A DNA stretch of 64,000 nucleotides, from assembly GCA_030726915.1 (NCBI GenBank), contig JANRCR010000040.1, forward strand, positions 49,897 to 113,896. Reading direction: 5' to 3'. The translations under genes were made by a program, and so were the position numbers. The notes below the pieces were generated by a model, which did not search any database, was not told the DNA's origin, and saw only the letters and a list, made by a program, of their open reading frames with translations. Origin of the DNA: Candidatus Nanopelagicales bacterium. Lineage in GTDB: Bacteria > Actinomycetota > Actinomycetes > S36-B12. This document shows positions 1-8,526 of this stretch, in pieces; positions within the stretch are counted from its first letter, which is position 1; every line of letters starts with the position of its first letter.

Positions 1-383
1 AATCAATCCGACGATGACGTTGACGACGGTGGCGATGAGTGCCCAGCCGATGAGCGGGAAGATGCGCGCGAGCGCTTTGCCAATCCCGTGGCCGATGGAT
101 GAGCTGCCACCGGACAGTTCCACATCCGCGGAGGCCACGAGCCCACCCGAGGCGATGGAGATGACGATCTGGTTGGCGAAGAGCCCCACGATGGCGAGAG
201 CGATTCCTGCCGCGTTTTGATCGTTGACGAACAGCCAGCCTGCGGGAATCCAGAAGATCGCGAGGGGGACGAGGCTCGCGAGAAATCCCAGAACCGGGAA
301 GACCAGGAGATACCGGTTTGCGCGAATGACCGCCCAGGATTTCTTGGTCAGGAGTTTGCTTTGACCCCATGAGCCTCGTGCCA
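1..383 (-). CDS. Membrane protein, DUF6159-like (N-terminal part; gene runs off the left edge)
   Basis: ATG at 383 on the minus strand, with the frame open to position 1. It is absent from the ORF track because there is no stop inside the window. My translation is MARGSWGQSKLLTKKSWAVIRANRYLLVFPVLGFLASLVPLAIFWIPAGWLFV..., with several hydrophobic helices. The family name is from memory and was not searched. Confidence 0.55.
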
Positions 384-455
384 TGGTGTGATCCTAGCCG
401 CCGAGACGTGATCGCCGTCCTCACCGACACACCACGCGGTGGAGATGCCCGGGGT

Positions 456-468
456 TGACCTGAGGTCA
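456..468. promoter_or_regulatory. Perfect 6-1-6 inverted repeat TGACCT-G-AGGTCA upstream of secreted-protein paralog A (candidate operator)
   Basis: It lies within a 30-nt block (455-484, TTGACCTGAGGTCAtCATTCTGGTGGGGTG). That block recurs with 29/30 identity at 1338-1367, ahead of paralog B. A 1-nt spacer is too short for an RNA hairpin, so a DNA-binding site is more likely. Confidence 0.35.
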
Positions 469-489
469 TCATTCTGGTGGGGTGTGCGG

Positions 490-1218
490 GTGCCTTCCCT
501 TATGCGACCCCTTCTTGCTGTGACCGCCTCCCTCGCCCTCACGGTGCCGTTGCTGGTGGCATCTCCGGCTCAGGCCGCTTCGTACACGCCGTTGAGCGAG
601 CGCAGTCTGGCGAATTCCTCACTCGGTGCCGGTGATGTCCCGCGATGGATGTCTCGCGGCACCACGCCGGAGCCACGGCAGACATTCCGCAGGGGAAGCC
701 TTGCGACCGCTCCGTACCTGTGTCTGGATGAGAGTGGCGACCTGGTCGAGGGGAAGCAGCCACGCCAGTCGATGGATTCCAGTGTTGCCACAGGCATGAA
801 TGTCGAAGTCGTGTCCGGTATCTACCAGTACCGCACACGCGCGGCCGCGGTGCGCGCCATGAGCCAGCTGAGCTCACGTGCTGCTGGATGCCAGGGACGG
901 ATAGAGGTGGATCTGTCAGGTGAGGGGATCAACAGCAGAACGGTCGTCGTTACCGAGGTCACCAACACCCGAGCGCTTTTTGGCACACCGGGCGTCACCT
1001 TGTTTGTGGATCTGGACGTTGTCATCGATGCCTTCGATGAGGAGTTCGCCATTCGCGGTGACATGTATGTCAGCTACTACCTGGCTGGCACGTCCATCGT
1101 GGGTGTGGCGTTCACCTCATCGGAAGGCACCCGGGGCGTGGGTCGGATTACGCGGGGATTCGTCGACACCATGTCCATCGTTATCGCCCAGCGGGTGGAG
1201 CGCCGCACCCTCGGCTAA
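490..1218 (+). CDS. Secreted protein of unknown function, tandem paralog A
   Basis: ORF 439..1218. I chose the GTG at 490 by aligning the upstream block with paralog B (ggtggggtg-5nt-GTG versus ggtggggtg-5nt-ATG). Alternative starts are 439, 484 and 502. Signal peptide LMRPLLAVTASLALTVPLLVASPAQA|AS. Two conserved Cys. About 55-60% identical to paralog B by eye. Confidence 0.7.
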   Translation: MPSLMRPLLAVTASLALTVPLLVASPAQAASYTPLSERSLANSSLGAGDVPRWMSRGTTPEPRQTFRRGSLATAPYLCLDESGDLVEGKQPRQSMDSSVATGMNVEVVSGIYQYRTRAAAVRAMSQLSSRAAGCQGRIEVDLSGEGINSRTVVVTEVTNTRALFGTPGVTLFVDLDVVIDAFDEEFAIRGDMYVSYYLAGTSIVGVAFTSSEGTRGVGRITRGFVDTMSIVIAQRVERRTLG

Positions 1219-1338
1219 GCAGGCGCCACGCCTGTCATTACCTGCACCGCGATGCGCACCTGGCCTGCCACGAACGACAGCACATGACCGCCCGGCGCAG
1301 GTGGTGTCGCGCGCCACACGCTATTTCGCCTGCGGGAT

Positions 1339-1351
1339 TGACCTGAGGTCA
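1339..1351. promoter_or_regulatory. Second copy of the TGACCT-G-AGGTCA inverted repeat, upstream of paralog B
   Basis: The same 13-nt palindrome sits inside the conserved block 1338-1367, ending 22 nt before the ATG at 1373. Confidence 0.35.
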
Positions 1352-1372
1352 ACATTCTGGTGGGGTGGCCGG

Positions 1373-2122
1373 ATGCGATCACTCATGCGCCCCACCCTTG
1401 CCGTTGGCGCATCCGCTGCCCTCATCGTTTCGTTGGCGCTGGCATATCCGGCTCAGGCCGCTACGTACACCCCGTTGGGTGAGCGCAGTTTGGCGGCTTC
1501 CTCTCTCGGTGCAGGTGATGTCCCGCGTTGGATGTCTCACGGAACTAGGCCGGAGCCGCAGCGAACATTTAGCAGGGGAGCCGCTGCGGGCGCTCCTGGG
1601 TTGTGTGTTGATAAGAATGGTGACGAGATCCAGGGGCGACAGGCACGACAATCAATGGAGTCAAGAGTTGTCACGCGGGTGACTGTCGATCCCCAGGGAT
1701 CGACTGATGTCGTTTCCCACATTTTCCAGTACCGCACACGTGCGGCAGCGGAGCGCGCCTGGAGTTACCTGAGCGCGACTGCTGCGCGATGCGAGGGACG
1801 CACAGAGGTGAATGGGGAGGGTGAAGGGATAACCACAAGGGGTGTCGTCACCACCGAGGTGGACCAGACTCGGCCACTCTTTGGCACTCGCGGCATCACG
1901 ATCCTCGCGGATATCGACCTCGTTATTGATGCCTTTGACACTGAGTTTGACCTGATCGGCGATTCCTACACTGCGTATTATCTCGCGGGCATGTCCATCA
2001 TCAGTGTTACGTTCGGGTCCAACGATGGTGATTCCCGGGGGGTAGGTCGCGTTTCTCGGGGATTTGTTGACACCATGTCCATCGTTATCGCCCAGCGGGT
2101 GGAGCGGCGCACCCTCGGCTAA
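1373..2122 (+). CDS. Secreted protein of unknown function, tandem paralog B
   Basis: The ATG at 1373 lies within track ORF 920..2122; the upstream part of that ORF is read-through of the spacer in the same frame. Signal peptide MRSLMRPTLAVGASAALIVSLALAYPAQA|AT. The C-terminal 20 aa are identical to paralog A. Confidence 0.7.
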   Translation: MRSLMRPTLAVGASAALIVSLALAYPAQAATYTPLGERSLAASSLGAGDVPRWMSHGTRPEPQRTFSRGAAAGAPGLCVDKNGDEIQGRQARQSMESRVVTRVTVDPQGSTDVVSHIFQYRTRAAAERAWSYLSATAARCEGRTEVNGEGEGITTRGVVTTEVDQTRPLFGTRGITILADIDLVIDAFDTEFDLIGDSYTAYYLAGMSIISVTFGSNDGDSRGVGRVSRGFVDTMSIVIAQRVERRTLG

Positions 2123-2164
2123 GCAGGCCCTCTGCTGAGCAGGGCGACGTAAGGGCATGTGACG

Positions 2165-2248
2165 TGTCCGAGGGGGGAATTGAACCCCCAAGCCCTTTCG
2201 GGCACTAGCACCTCAAGCTAGCGCGTCTGCCAATTCCGCCACCCGGAC
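2165..2248 (-). tRNA. tRNA-Leu (anticodon GAG)
   Basis: The reverse complement reads GTCCGGGTGGCGGAATTGGCAGACGCGCTAGCTTGAGGTGCTAGTGCCCGAAAGGGCTTGGGGGTTCAATTCCCCCCTCGGACA. It has a 7-bp acceptor stem and an anticodon stem CTAGC/GCTAG with loop TTGAGGT. The long variable arm is GCCC-GAAA-GGGC and the T-arm is GGGGG-TTCAATT-CCCCC. No CCA is encoded. Confidence 0.93.
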
Positions 2249-2323
2249 GAGTGGGCGGCCAAAGCCGCCAGGGGTGAGAATAACAACCGGCACTGGTGGG
2301 CTGCCACCTGCCTCCGACAGGAT

Positions 2324-3655
2324 GTGCCCATGACGACCACCACGCCGGAAGCCGCCCTCGCTCAGGGCGAGGTCATCGACATCCTCCGGGATCTCATTCG
2401 CATCGATACGACCAACGACGGCACGGACGCGGGCCCCGGGGAGGCGTCAGCCGCAGAGTACGTCGAGGCCTGCCTGGCAGAGGTCGGCCTGGACGTTGAA
2501 CGCTTCTCCACAACATCATCTCGGCGTCAGGGCGTCGTCGCGCGGATCCCGGGCACAGATCCGTCACTGCCTCGCCTGCTCCTGCACGGGCACCTGGATG
2601 TCGTTCCTGCTCAGGCGGCGGACTGGAGTGTTCCACCCTTCGCCGCCGAGGTGATCGACGGCATGGTGTGGGGCCGTGGAGCTGTGGACATGAAAGATAT
2701 GGACGCCATGATCTTGAGCGTGGCTCGAGCCTGGGCACGCGGTGGCGTGCAGCCTCGCCGCGACCTCGTGCTTCTCTTCATACCGGATGAGGAGGCCGGG
2801 GGGAACCATGGATCCCACTGGATTGTGGACCACCGGCCGGACATTCTCGAAGGTGTCAGCGAAGGTGTCAGCGAGGTGGGTGGATTCTCGCTGACGCTGC
2901 CCGATCAGCGGCGTCTCTACATGATCCAGTCGGCCGAAAAAGGCATCGCGTGGATGCGTTTGGCCGCCGAGGGGCGCGCAGGGCACGGTTCGGTGGTCAA
3001 CAATGACAACGCCATCACGGAAATCGCGGCAGCCGTGACCCGCATTGGCCGTCACGTGTGGCCGGGTCATCTTTCTCCCACTGCGCGACGCATGGTGGAC
3101 GAGGTGGGGGACGCCTTCGGTGTGGACCTCGATATCAACGATCTTGATGTGCTGGCGGAGCAGATCGGTCCACTGGCGCGCTTCATCGGCTCGGCCACAC
3201 GCAATGTGTCGAATCCCACGATGCTGGCTGCGGGATACAAGGCCAATGTGGTGCCCGGCGCGGCGAGTGCCATGGTGGACGGCCGATTCATGCCGGGCGA
3301 TGAAGTTGAGTTCCTGCGGCAGATTGATGAACTTCTCGGACCGAGGGTCACCCGGGAGTTCGACACCCACGATGTGGCACTCGAGGCAGACTTTGACGTG
3401 CCCCTGGTCGACGCCATGCGGGCGGCGCTTCAGGCGGAGGATCCCGGCTCACTTGTCGCCCCCTATGTCCTCTCCGGCGGCACCGATGCGAAGGCATTCT
3501 CTCGACTAGGGGTCAGCGGCTATGGCTTCGCGCCGTTGCGTCTGCCGGAGGACCTCGACTTCACGTCCCTCTTCCATGGTGTGGACGAGCGGGTGCCCAT
3601 CGACTCGGTGCACTTTGGCGTCAGGGCGCTGGATCGATTCCTGCGCCTGATGTGA
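2324..3655 (+). CDS. M20 family metallopeptidase (dipeptidase-like)
   Basis: ORF 2324..3655 (GTG start; alternative ATG at 2330). Motifs seen: HGHLDVVP, GAVDMKD, PDEEAGG, SEVGGFS. Confidence 0.9.
   Translation: MPMTTTTPEAALAQGEVIDILRDLIRIDTTNDGTDAGPGEASAAEYVEACLAEVGLDVERFSTTSSRRQGVVARIPGTDPSLPRLLLHGHLDVVPAQAADWSVPPFAAEVIDGMVWGRGAVDMKDMDAMILSVARAWARGGVQPRRDLVLLFIPDEEAGGNHGSHWIVDHRPDILEGVSEGVSEVGGFSLTLPDQRRLYMIQSAEKGIAWMRLAAEGRAGHGSVVNNDNAITEIAAAVTRIGRHVWPGHLSPTARRMVDEVGDAFGVDLDINDLDVLAEQIGPLARFIGSATRNVSNPTMLAAGYKANVVPGAASAMVDGRFMPGDEVEFLRQIDELLGPRVTREFDTHDVALEADFDVPLVDAMRAALQAEDPGSLVAPYVLSGGTDAKAFSRLGVSGYGFAPLRLPEDLDFTSLFHGVDERVPIDSVHFGVRALDRFLRLM
2849..2872 (+). repeat. Perfect 12-bp tandem duplication (GAAGGTGTCAGC x2) inside the M20 peptidase gene
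   Basis: Read directly: 2849-2860 equals 2861-2872. It is in frame and gives EGVS-EGVS just before the conserved SEVGGF motif. Confidence 0.85.
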
Positions 3656-3666
3656 CGATGCCTGAA

Positions 3667-3858
3667 TCAGGTGACCATCCTCCAGGTCCGGGCCACCTTC
3701 ATCACCCGTCGTCGCAGCCACACACGACGGCGCCCGTCCGGATAGAGGCGCAGTCGGGCCAACTCCCAATGGCCGTACTCGGCGCATTCAGTCAACATGG
3801 CGCGCGCTGCGTCTCGCGTCGTCCCACGGGGGAGGGCAACCTCGCGGTATTCATACAT
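3667..3858 (-). CDS. DUF5703 family small protein
   Basis: Trimmed from ORF 3667..3984 to the ATG at 3858 (MYEYREVALPRGTTRDAARAMLTECAEYGHWELARLRLYPDGRRRVWLRRR...). This start overlaps the stop of the upstream aldo/keto reductase by 8 nt (ATGTATGA). Confidence 0.72.
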   Translation of the reverse strand: MYEYREVALPRGTTRDAARAMLTECAEYGHWELARLRLYPDGRRRVWLRRRVMKVARTWRMVT

Positions 3859-4789
3859 CGGTGGTGTCCCACCCCGCCGCGCGCGCCGACACATCGTCGA
3901 GAACGGCCGATATCTCAGACGGTAGGCGGATATCCGCACTAGCCAATGCGGCCCGCCACTGATGCACGGTGCGGACACCGACAACGGTGCAACACACCCC
4001 CGGTTGCTCCCGTGCCCAGGCTAGGGCGAGGGCGCCGGGCGATGAGCCCAGCCCGTCAGCGGCTGCCATGAGGCCATCCACGATCGGTCGACTCCATGCC
4101 GCGCGGTAGCGCTGGAGATGAGCGCCGTCGCGTTCACTGGCTCCCCGCGAGTCAGCAGGGGTGCCATGTCGATACTTGCCGGTCAGCACCCCGCCCGCCA
4201 GGGGCGATATCGCGATGACGCTGGCCCCCACAGCCGAGGACACACCCTCCACATCATTGTGATGGGCACGCTCGAGCAGTGATTGCCGTGCCGTCACGGC
4301 CGCCAGGGGGGTTCTGCCCGGATGAACCGCCAAGGCAGCACCGATGACACCCGCCTGCCACGGCATGGTGGGTTCGACTCCCACGTAGTGCACCCGACCG
4401 CTGGTCACCGCGAGTGTCAGGGCGGCGAGACATTCCTCCCAGGGCAGGCGTGCATCCCATCCGCGCATCGTCCACAGATCGACGTGATCAACGTTCAACC
4501 CGGCGAGGACCCGATCGAGTCCCGCCAGAAGCTCCCTGCGCGACGGACCTCCCGAGGAGCGGACCGATACGAAGGTTTCGCTGCGAAGCCCCGATGCCGC
4601 GAGCACCTGACCAGCAAACTCCCACCGGGGCCGATCGGCATTGACGTCGATGAGGTCCCCGCCGGCCTCAATGAGCATGCGCACACACGCGATGCCGTCG
4701 CTGACATCCATGCTGGTGGGCCAGCTGCCGGTGCCCAGTCCCACCACGCCCACATCGCTCGCCGTTGGCCCGAGTTGGCGTCGCTCCAT
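3851..4789 (-). CDS. Aldo/keto reductase
   Basis: ORF 3851..4789, 312 aa. The length and sequence are typical of the AKR family (MERRQLGPTASDVGVVGLGTGSW..., ...ISPLAGGVLTGKY...). Confidence 0.88.
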   Translation of the reverse strand: MERRQLGPTASDVGVVGLGTGSWPTSMDVSDGIACVRMLIEAGGDLIDVNADRPRWEFAGQVLAASGLRSETFVSVRSSGGPSRRELLAGLDRVLAGLNVDHVDLWTMRGWDARLPWEECLAALTLAVTSGRVHYVGVEPTMPWQAGVIGAALAVHPGRTPLAAVTARQSLLERAHHNDVEGVSSAVGASVIAISPLAGGVLTGKYRHGTPADSRGASERDGAHLQRYRAAWSRPIVDGLMAAADGLGSSPGALALAWAREQPGVCCTVVGVRTVHQWRAALASADIRLPSEISAVLDDVSARAAGWDTTDV

Positions 4790-4853
4790 GTGGGGAAACC
4801 TAGCCAGATCCGGGGGTGGATAGGCTCCCGTGACACGCGAGATGGGAGGTCGG

Positions 4854-5909
4854 ATGGAACTCGGACTGAATCTGGGCTACTGGGGAGCCGGCAACGATGC
4901 CGACAACCTCGCCTTGGCCAGGGAAGCTGATCGACTGGGCTACGCCGTTGTCTGGGCTGCCGAAGCGTATGGCTCGGACGCAGCGACGGTCCTGGCCTGG
5001 GTGGCCGCCCAAACGGAGCGCATCGATGTGGGCTCTGCGATCTTCCAGATTCCCGGGCGCACCCCCGCCAACACCGCCATGACCGCCGCGACGTTGGACA
5101 CCTTGTCCGCGGGCCGCTTCCGGCTCGGCCTGGGTGTATCCGGCCCGCAGGTTTCCGAGGGCTGGCACGGTGTTCGCTTCGATAAGCCACTCGCCAGAAC
5201 ACGGGAGTACGTCGCCATCGTGCGCAAGGCACTGGCCCGGGAGCGGCTCACCTTCGACGGTGAGTTCTTCACCCTGCCGTTGCCCGATGGGCCGGGCAAA
5301 GCGTTGACCCTGACGGTGCATCCGGTGCGTGAGCACATTCCGCTGTATCTGGCCGCTGTCGGGCCCAAGAATCTTGAGCTGGCGGGTGAGATCGCGGATG
5401 GCTGGCTCGCGATCTTCTTTGATCCGACGGGCTCGGATGATTCCCTGGCCTGCATCAGAGCCGGCCGCGAGAAGGCCGGGCTGACAATGGCGGGCTTCGA
5501 CATCGTTCCCACGGTGCCCGTCGTCATGGGTGACAGTGTTGAGGCGTGTGCTGATCCCGTGCGTGCCTATTCGGCCCTCTACATCGGCGGGATGGGGTCT
5601 CGGGACAAGAACTTCTACAACGCCCTGGCGGTGCGCATGGGTTATAGCGAGGCCGCCCAACAGGTGCAGGACCTGTATCTCTCCCGCGATTACGCCGGTG
5701 CCGCGGCAGCGGTCCCACTGGAGTTCATCGAGCGCACATCCCTCATCGGCCCTCCGGATGTCATCGCGGAGAGGTTGCGTGACTACGCCGCCGCGGGTGT
5801 CACCACTTTGAGCGTGGCCATCTACTCCGGAAACCTCGAGGAGCGCCTGGAGACCTTGCGGGCCTTGCCAGCACTGCTCGCCCAGGCGGGACTCGCTGGC
5901 GCGGAGTAG
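4854..5909 (+). CDS. LLM-class (luciferase-like) F420-dependent oxidoreductase
   Basis: ORF 4830..5909. The ATG at 4854 is preceded by GGGAGG 4 nt upstream. The product starts MELGLNLGYWG and has LLM-family character throughout. Confidence 0.82.
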   Translation: MELGLNLGYWGAGNDADNLALAREADRLGYAVVWAAEAYGSDAATVLAWVAAQTERIDVGSAIFQIPGRTPANTAMTAATLDTLSAGRFRLGLGVSGPQVSEGWHGVRFDKPLARTREYVAIVRKALARERLTFDGEFFTLPLPDGPGKALTLTVHPVREHIPLYLAAVGPKNLELAGEIADGWLAIFFDPTGSDDSLACIRAGREKAGLTMAGFDIVPTVPVVMGDSVEACADPVRAYSALYIGGMGSRDKNFYNALAVRMGYSEAAQQVQDLYLSRDYAGAAAAVPLEFIERTSLIGPPDVIAERLRDYAAAGVTTLSVAIYSGNLEERLETLRALPALLAQAGLAGAE

Positions 5910-5911
5910 CC

Positions 5912-6733
5912 ATGACCTGGTTCGAGGCGGTTGTCCTCGGTGTGATCCAGGGTCTCTCCGAGTTCCTGCCGATCTCCTCGAGTGCCCACATCCTGGTGCT
6001 GTCCCAGATCTTCGGGTGGGGTGATCCGGGCGCTGCGTTCACCGCGGTGACGCAGATCGGCACGGAAGTGGCCGTTCTCATCTACTTCCGCCGCGATATT
6101 GCCCGCATCATCAACGCCTGGGCACGCAGTTTGGTGAATCCACAGTGGCGCGGAACCCCCGACGCCCGGCTCGGTTGGTACGTCATTCTCGGGACCATTC
6201 CCATCGTGGTGTTGGGCCTCGCCTTCACCGAGCAGATCGAAACAATCGCCCGCAACCTCTGGTTGACCGCAGCCATGCTGGCGGTCTTCGGGGTTGTGCT
6301 GGGTGTCGCCGATCGCTGGGGGCCCAAACTCAAGAACATCGACGCGATGACGACCCGCAATGCCGTGGCTCTCGGGTGTGCCCAGGCAGCGGCTCTGATC
6401 CCCGGTGTGTCTCGGTCGGGAGCCACGATCTCGATGGGACTCGCGCTGGGCTACACGCGCGAAGCAGCGACGCGCTATGCCTTCCTCCTGGCGATCCCGG
6501 CTGTACTCGGATCAGGTTTCTATGAGGCCACCCGGATCTCCCAAGCGACAGAGGTGGCATGGGGCCAAACGATTGTTGCGACGCTGATCGCCTTTGGCGT
6601 GGGCTACGCGGTGATCTCCTGGCTCCTTCGATATCTACGAACGGGGTCTTTCCTTCCCTTTGTCGCCTACCGTCTCGCACTAGCAGCCCTGATCATCGTG
6701 CTGCTCCTCACGGGGACCCTGTCTGCCACCTAG
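5912..6733 (+). CDS. uppP: Undecaprenyl-diphosphate phosphatase
   Basis: 273 aa polytopic protein with the BacA/UppP N-terminal motif GLSEFLPISSSAHIL. Confidence 0.95.
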   Translation: MTWFEAVVLGVIQGLSEFLPISSSAHILVLSQIFGWGDPGAAFTAVTQIGTEVAVLIYFRRDIARIINAWARSLVNPQWRGTPDARLGWYVILGTIPIVVLGLAFTEQIETIARNLWLTAAMLAVFGVVLGVADRWGPKLKNIDAMTTRNAVALGCAQAAALIPGVSRSGATISMGLALGYTREAATRYAFLLAIPAVLGSGFYEATRISQATEVAWGQTIVATLIAFGVGYAVISWLLRYLRTGSFLPFVAYRLALAALIIVLLLTGTLSAT

Positions 6734-6746
6734 GAAACGGGGCGAC

Positions 6747-7757
6747 TCACAGCCACCCGGACTTCTTGAATCCGCGATAGAGGAGCAGGCAGATGATGGC
6801 CATGACGCCCACCACCGCGGGATATCCGAAGGTCCAGTGCAGTTCAGGCATGTCGTCGAAGTTCATCCCGTAGATGCCGGCGATGGCCGTGGGCACAGCG
6901 ATGATGGCGGCCCAGGCGGAGATCTTGCGCATATCCATGTTCTGGAGCAAATCCTGACGGGCGGTGCTGGCCATCAGCATCGTCATGAGGGTCGAGTCGA
7001 ATCCATCCACCATGTCCCCAGCGCGGAGGATGTTGTCTCCCACATCGCGCAGGTATGCGTGCAGTTCGCGGGGAATCCGGGCTGAATCCTCCCGTGCGAG
7101 ACGCTGGGCTTCGAGCAGCAGAGGCTGCACTGCCCGACGCATCTCGATGTTTTCGCGGTTGAGTCGGTAGATGCGGGCTGCTGCCTGCGAGGGATGATCA
7201 GAGAAGACCTGCTGCTCGATTTCTTCCACGTCGGACTGAATCGCTTCCCCGACATCCAGATACTCCTGTGAGGCGACATCGGCAACGGCCCAGAAGACCG
7301 ATAGGGGCCCGGTCTTGGCCAGCTCAGGATGGTCGGCAAGGCGCCCGGCCACGGCGTCGGCATCGCGTGCGCTGCCCACGCGCACCGTCAGCGCATATCC
7401 CGGCCCGACAAAGCAGGCCACCTGCCCGGTCTCCACATCGGATGTGTCATCTACCCATTCGAGAACCTTGAGCAGAACGAAGAGCGAATCCGGGGTGACG
7501 TCGATGCGCGCCCGCTGCTGGTGAGATATGGCGTCGTCGACCAGGAGGGGTTGGAGGTCAAACTCCTGGGCGACCATGCGCACTTCAGCATCCGTGGGGT
7601 CGGCAACGGCGACCCACACAAAATCGCCCGCGTGCCGGACCGATGTGCGCAGGTCCTGCAGTCGTGCCTGCAGTGAAGCGTCGATGCCGTCCTGTGACGT
7701 TGACGCGGAGCCAGGCGTGATGATGCCGTCCACGAAAAGTCCCATGATGCGAATCAT
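6747..7757 (-). CDS. corA: Magnesium/cobalt transporter CorA
   Basis: This is the C-terminal 336 aa of track ORF 6747..8480, starting at the ATG at 7757 (MIRIMGLFVDG...). It has the YGMNFDDMPE signature and two C-terminal TM helices. The upstream part of the ORF is antisense to the phosphomutase gene. Confidence 0.9.
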   Translation of the reverse strand: MIRIMGLFVDGIITPGSASTSQDGIDASLQARLQDLRTSVRHAGDFVWVAVADPTDAEVRMVAQEFDLQPLLVDDAISHQQRARIDVTPDSLFVLLKVLEWVDDTSDVETGQVACFVGPGYALTVRVGSARDADAVAGRLADHPELAKTGPLSVFWAVADVASQEYLDVGEAIQSDVEEIEQQVFSDHPSQAAARIYRLNRENIEMRRAVQPLLLEAQRLAREDSARIPRELHAYLRDVGDNILRAGDMVDGFDSTLMTMLMASTARQDLLQNMDMRKISAWAAIIAVPTAIAGIYGMNFDDMPELHWTFGYPAVVGVMAIICLLLYRGFKKSGWL

Positions 7758-7832
7758 GCGGTCACCTTTCCGGAGCCGTATCCTGCCGGGGGCAGTTGAG
7801 CGTGAGTGCACTGGGACGCTACCGTCGCGGAC

Positions 7833-8513
7833 ATGTCCGTTGTCATCCTGGTGCGCCATGGTCGCACTCCGGCGAATGCTCAGGGGATTTTGGCGGGATG
7901 GTCGCCAGACGTTCATCTGGATGACGTGGGTCGTGAGCAGGCGGCCAGTGTGGGCGCGCGTCTGGGGCCTCTGCGGCTCGCCGCCGTCGTGGCGAGCCCA
8001 CTCGAGCGCACCCAGGAAACTGCCGATGCGATCAGCGCAGCGCAGCGCAAGCCCATCGCCGTGCAAGCCGATGACCGCTTGGGGGAGTGTGCCTACGGTG
8101 AATGGACCGGCCGTTCGCTGAAGGATCTGTCCCGGCTGGCACTGTGGCGCACTGTCCAGGATCGACCGAGCGCCGTGACCTTCCCGGGTGGGGAGTCCAT
8201 GATGAGCATGCAGACTCGAGCCCTGGCAGCTGTCCATGAGTGGAACGCGTCCCTGGGTGAACGGGCCGTGTATGCCATGGTGAGCCACGGGGATGTGATC
8301 AAGGCCATTCTCGCTGATGCTTTGGGCACTCACCTGGATCACTTCCAGCGAATCGTGGTGGATCCCGGCTCGGTGTCCGTCATCCGATACGGGCGCACCT
8401 CCGCTCAGGTTGTCCACGTGAATGATCGCGGATCTGATCTGACCACTCTCGCCCGGGCCGCACGTCGTCGACGTGTCCAAGCGGATGTGGGGGGCGGTTC
8501 GGGGGATCGCTAG
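7833..8513 (+). CDS. Histidine phosphatase family protein (MSMEG_4193-type putative phosphomutase)
   Basis: ORF 7806..8513. The ATG at 7833 gives MSVVILVRHGRTPAN, containing the RHG catalytic motif. The position between uppP and DUF3090 matches the conserved actinobacterial order. Confidence 0.85.
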   Translation: MSVVILVRHGRTPANAQGILAGWSPDVHLDDVGREQAASVGARLGPLRLAAVVASPLERTQETADAISAAQRKPIAVQADDRLGECAYGEWTGRSLKDLSRLALWRTVQDRPSAVTFPGGESMMSMQTRALAAVHEWNASLGERAVYAMVSHGDVIKAILADALGTHLDHFQRIVVDPGSVSVIRYGRTSAQVVHVNDRGSDLTTLARAARRRRVQADVGGGSGDR

Positions 8514-8526
8514 ATACGGTGTTGTC

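Noticed and set aside
14-220. 68-aa plus-strand ORF at the left edge
   Set aside because: It is antisense to the better-supported edge-truncated membrane protein gene (minus strand, ATG at 383), which has coherent TM helices and a family-like N-terminus.
920-2122. 400-aa ORF that appears to fuse the two secreted paralogs
   Set aside because: Its upstream part is an alternative frame of paralog A plus the spacer. A clear signal peptide, an RBS-like run and the conserved upstream box mark the real start at 1373.
439-2248. Possible genomic island integrated at tRNA-Leu (secreted paralogs adjacent to the tRNA 3' end)
   Set aside because: There is no integrase, recombinase or other mobile gene. 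I could not find a direct repeat of the tRNA 3' end (TTCAATTCCCCCCTCGGACA) in the flanking 2 kb, and by eye the composition looks like the rest of the window.
4800-5660. Long antisense or alternative-frame ORFs (e.g. 4800-5660 minus 286 aa, 4495-5232 minus 245 aa, 30339-31262 plus 307 aa, 8380-9018 minus 212 aa, 47663-48349 minus 228 aa, 54063-55043 minus 326 aa, 62882-63748 plus 288 aa)
   Set aside because: All lie inside confidently assigned genes. They have the Arg/Pro/Gly/Ser-rich composition expected from stop-codon-poor high-GC DNA, and none shows a recognisable motif. I treated none as an overlapping gene.
6747-8480. 577-aa ORF suggesting a very large CorA-like protein
   Set aside because: Only the C-terminal 336 aa (from the ATG at 7757) look like CorA. 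The upstream 240 aa are Arg/His/Gly-rich nonsense that is antisense to the well-supported phosphomutase gene (7833-8513). This is a high-GC open-frame artefact.
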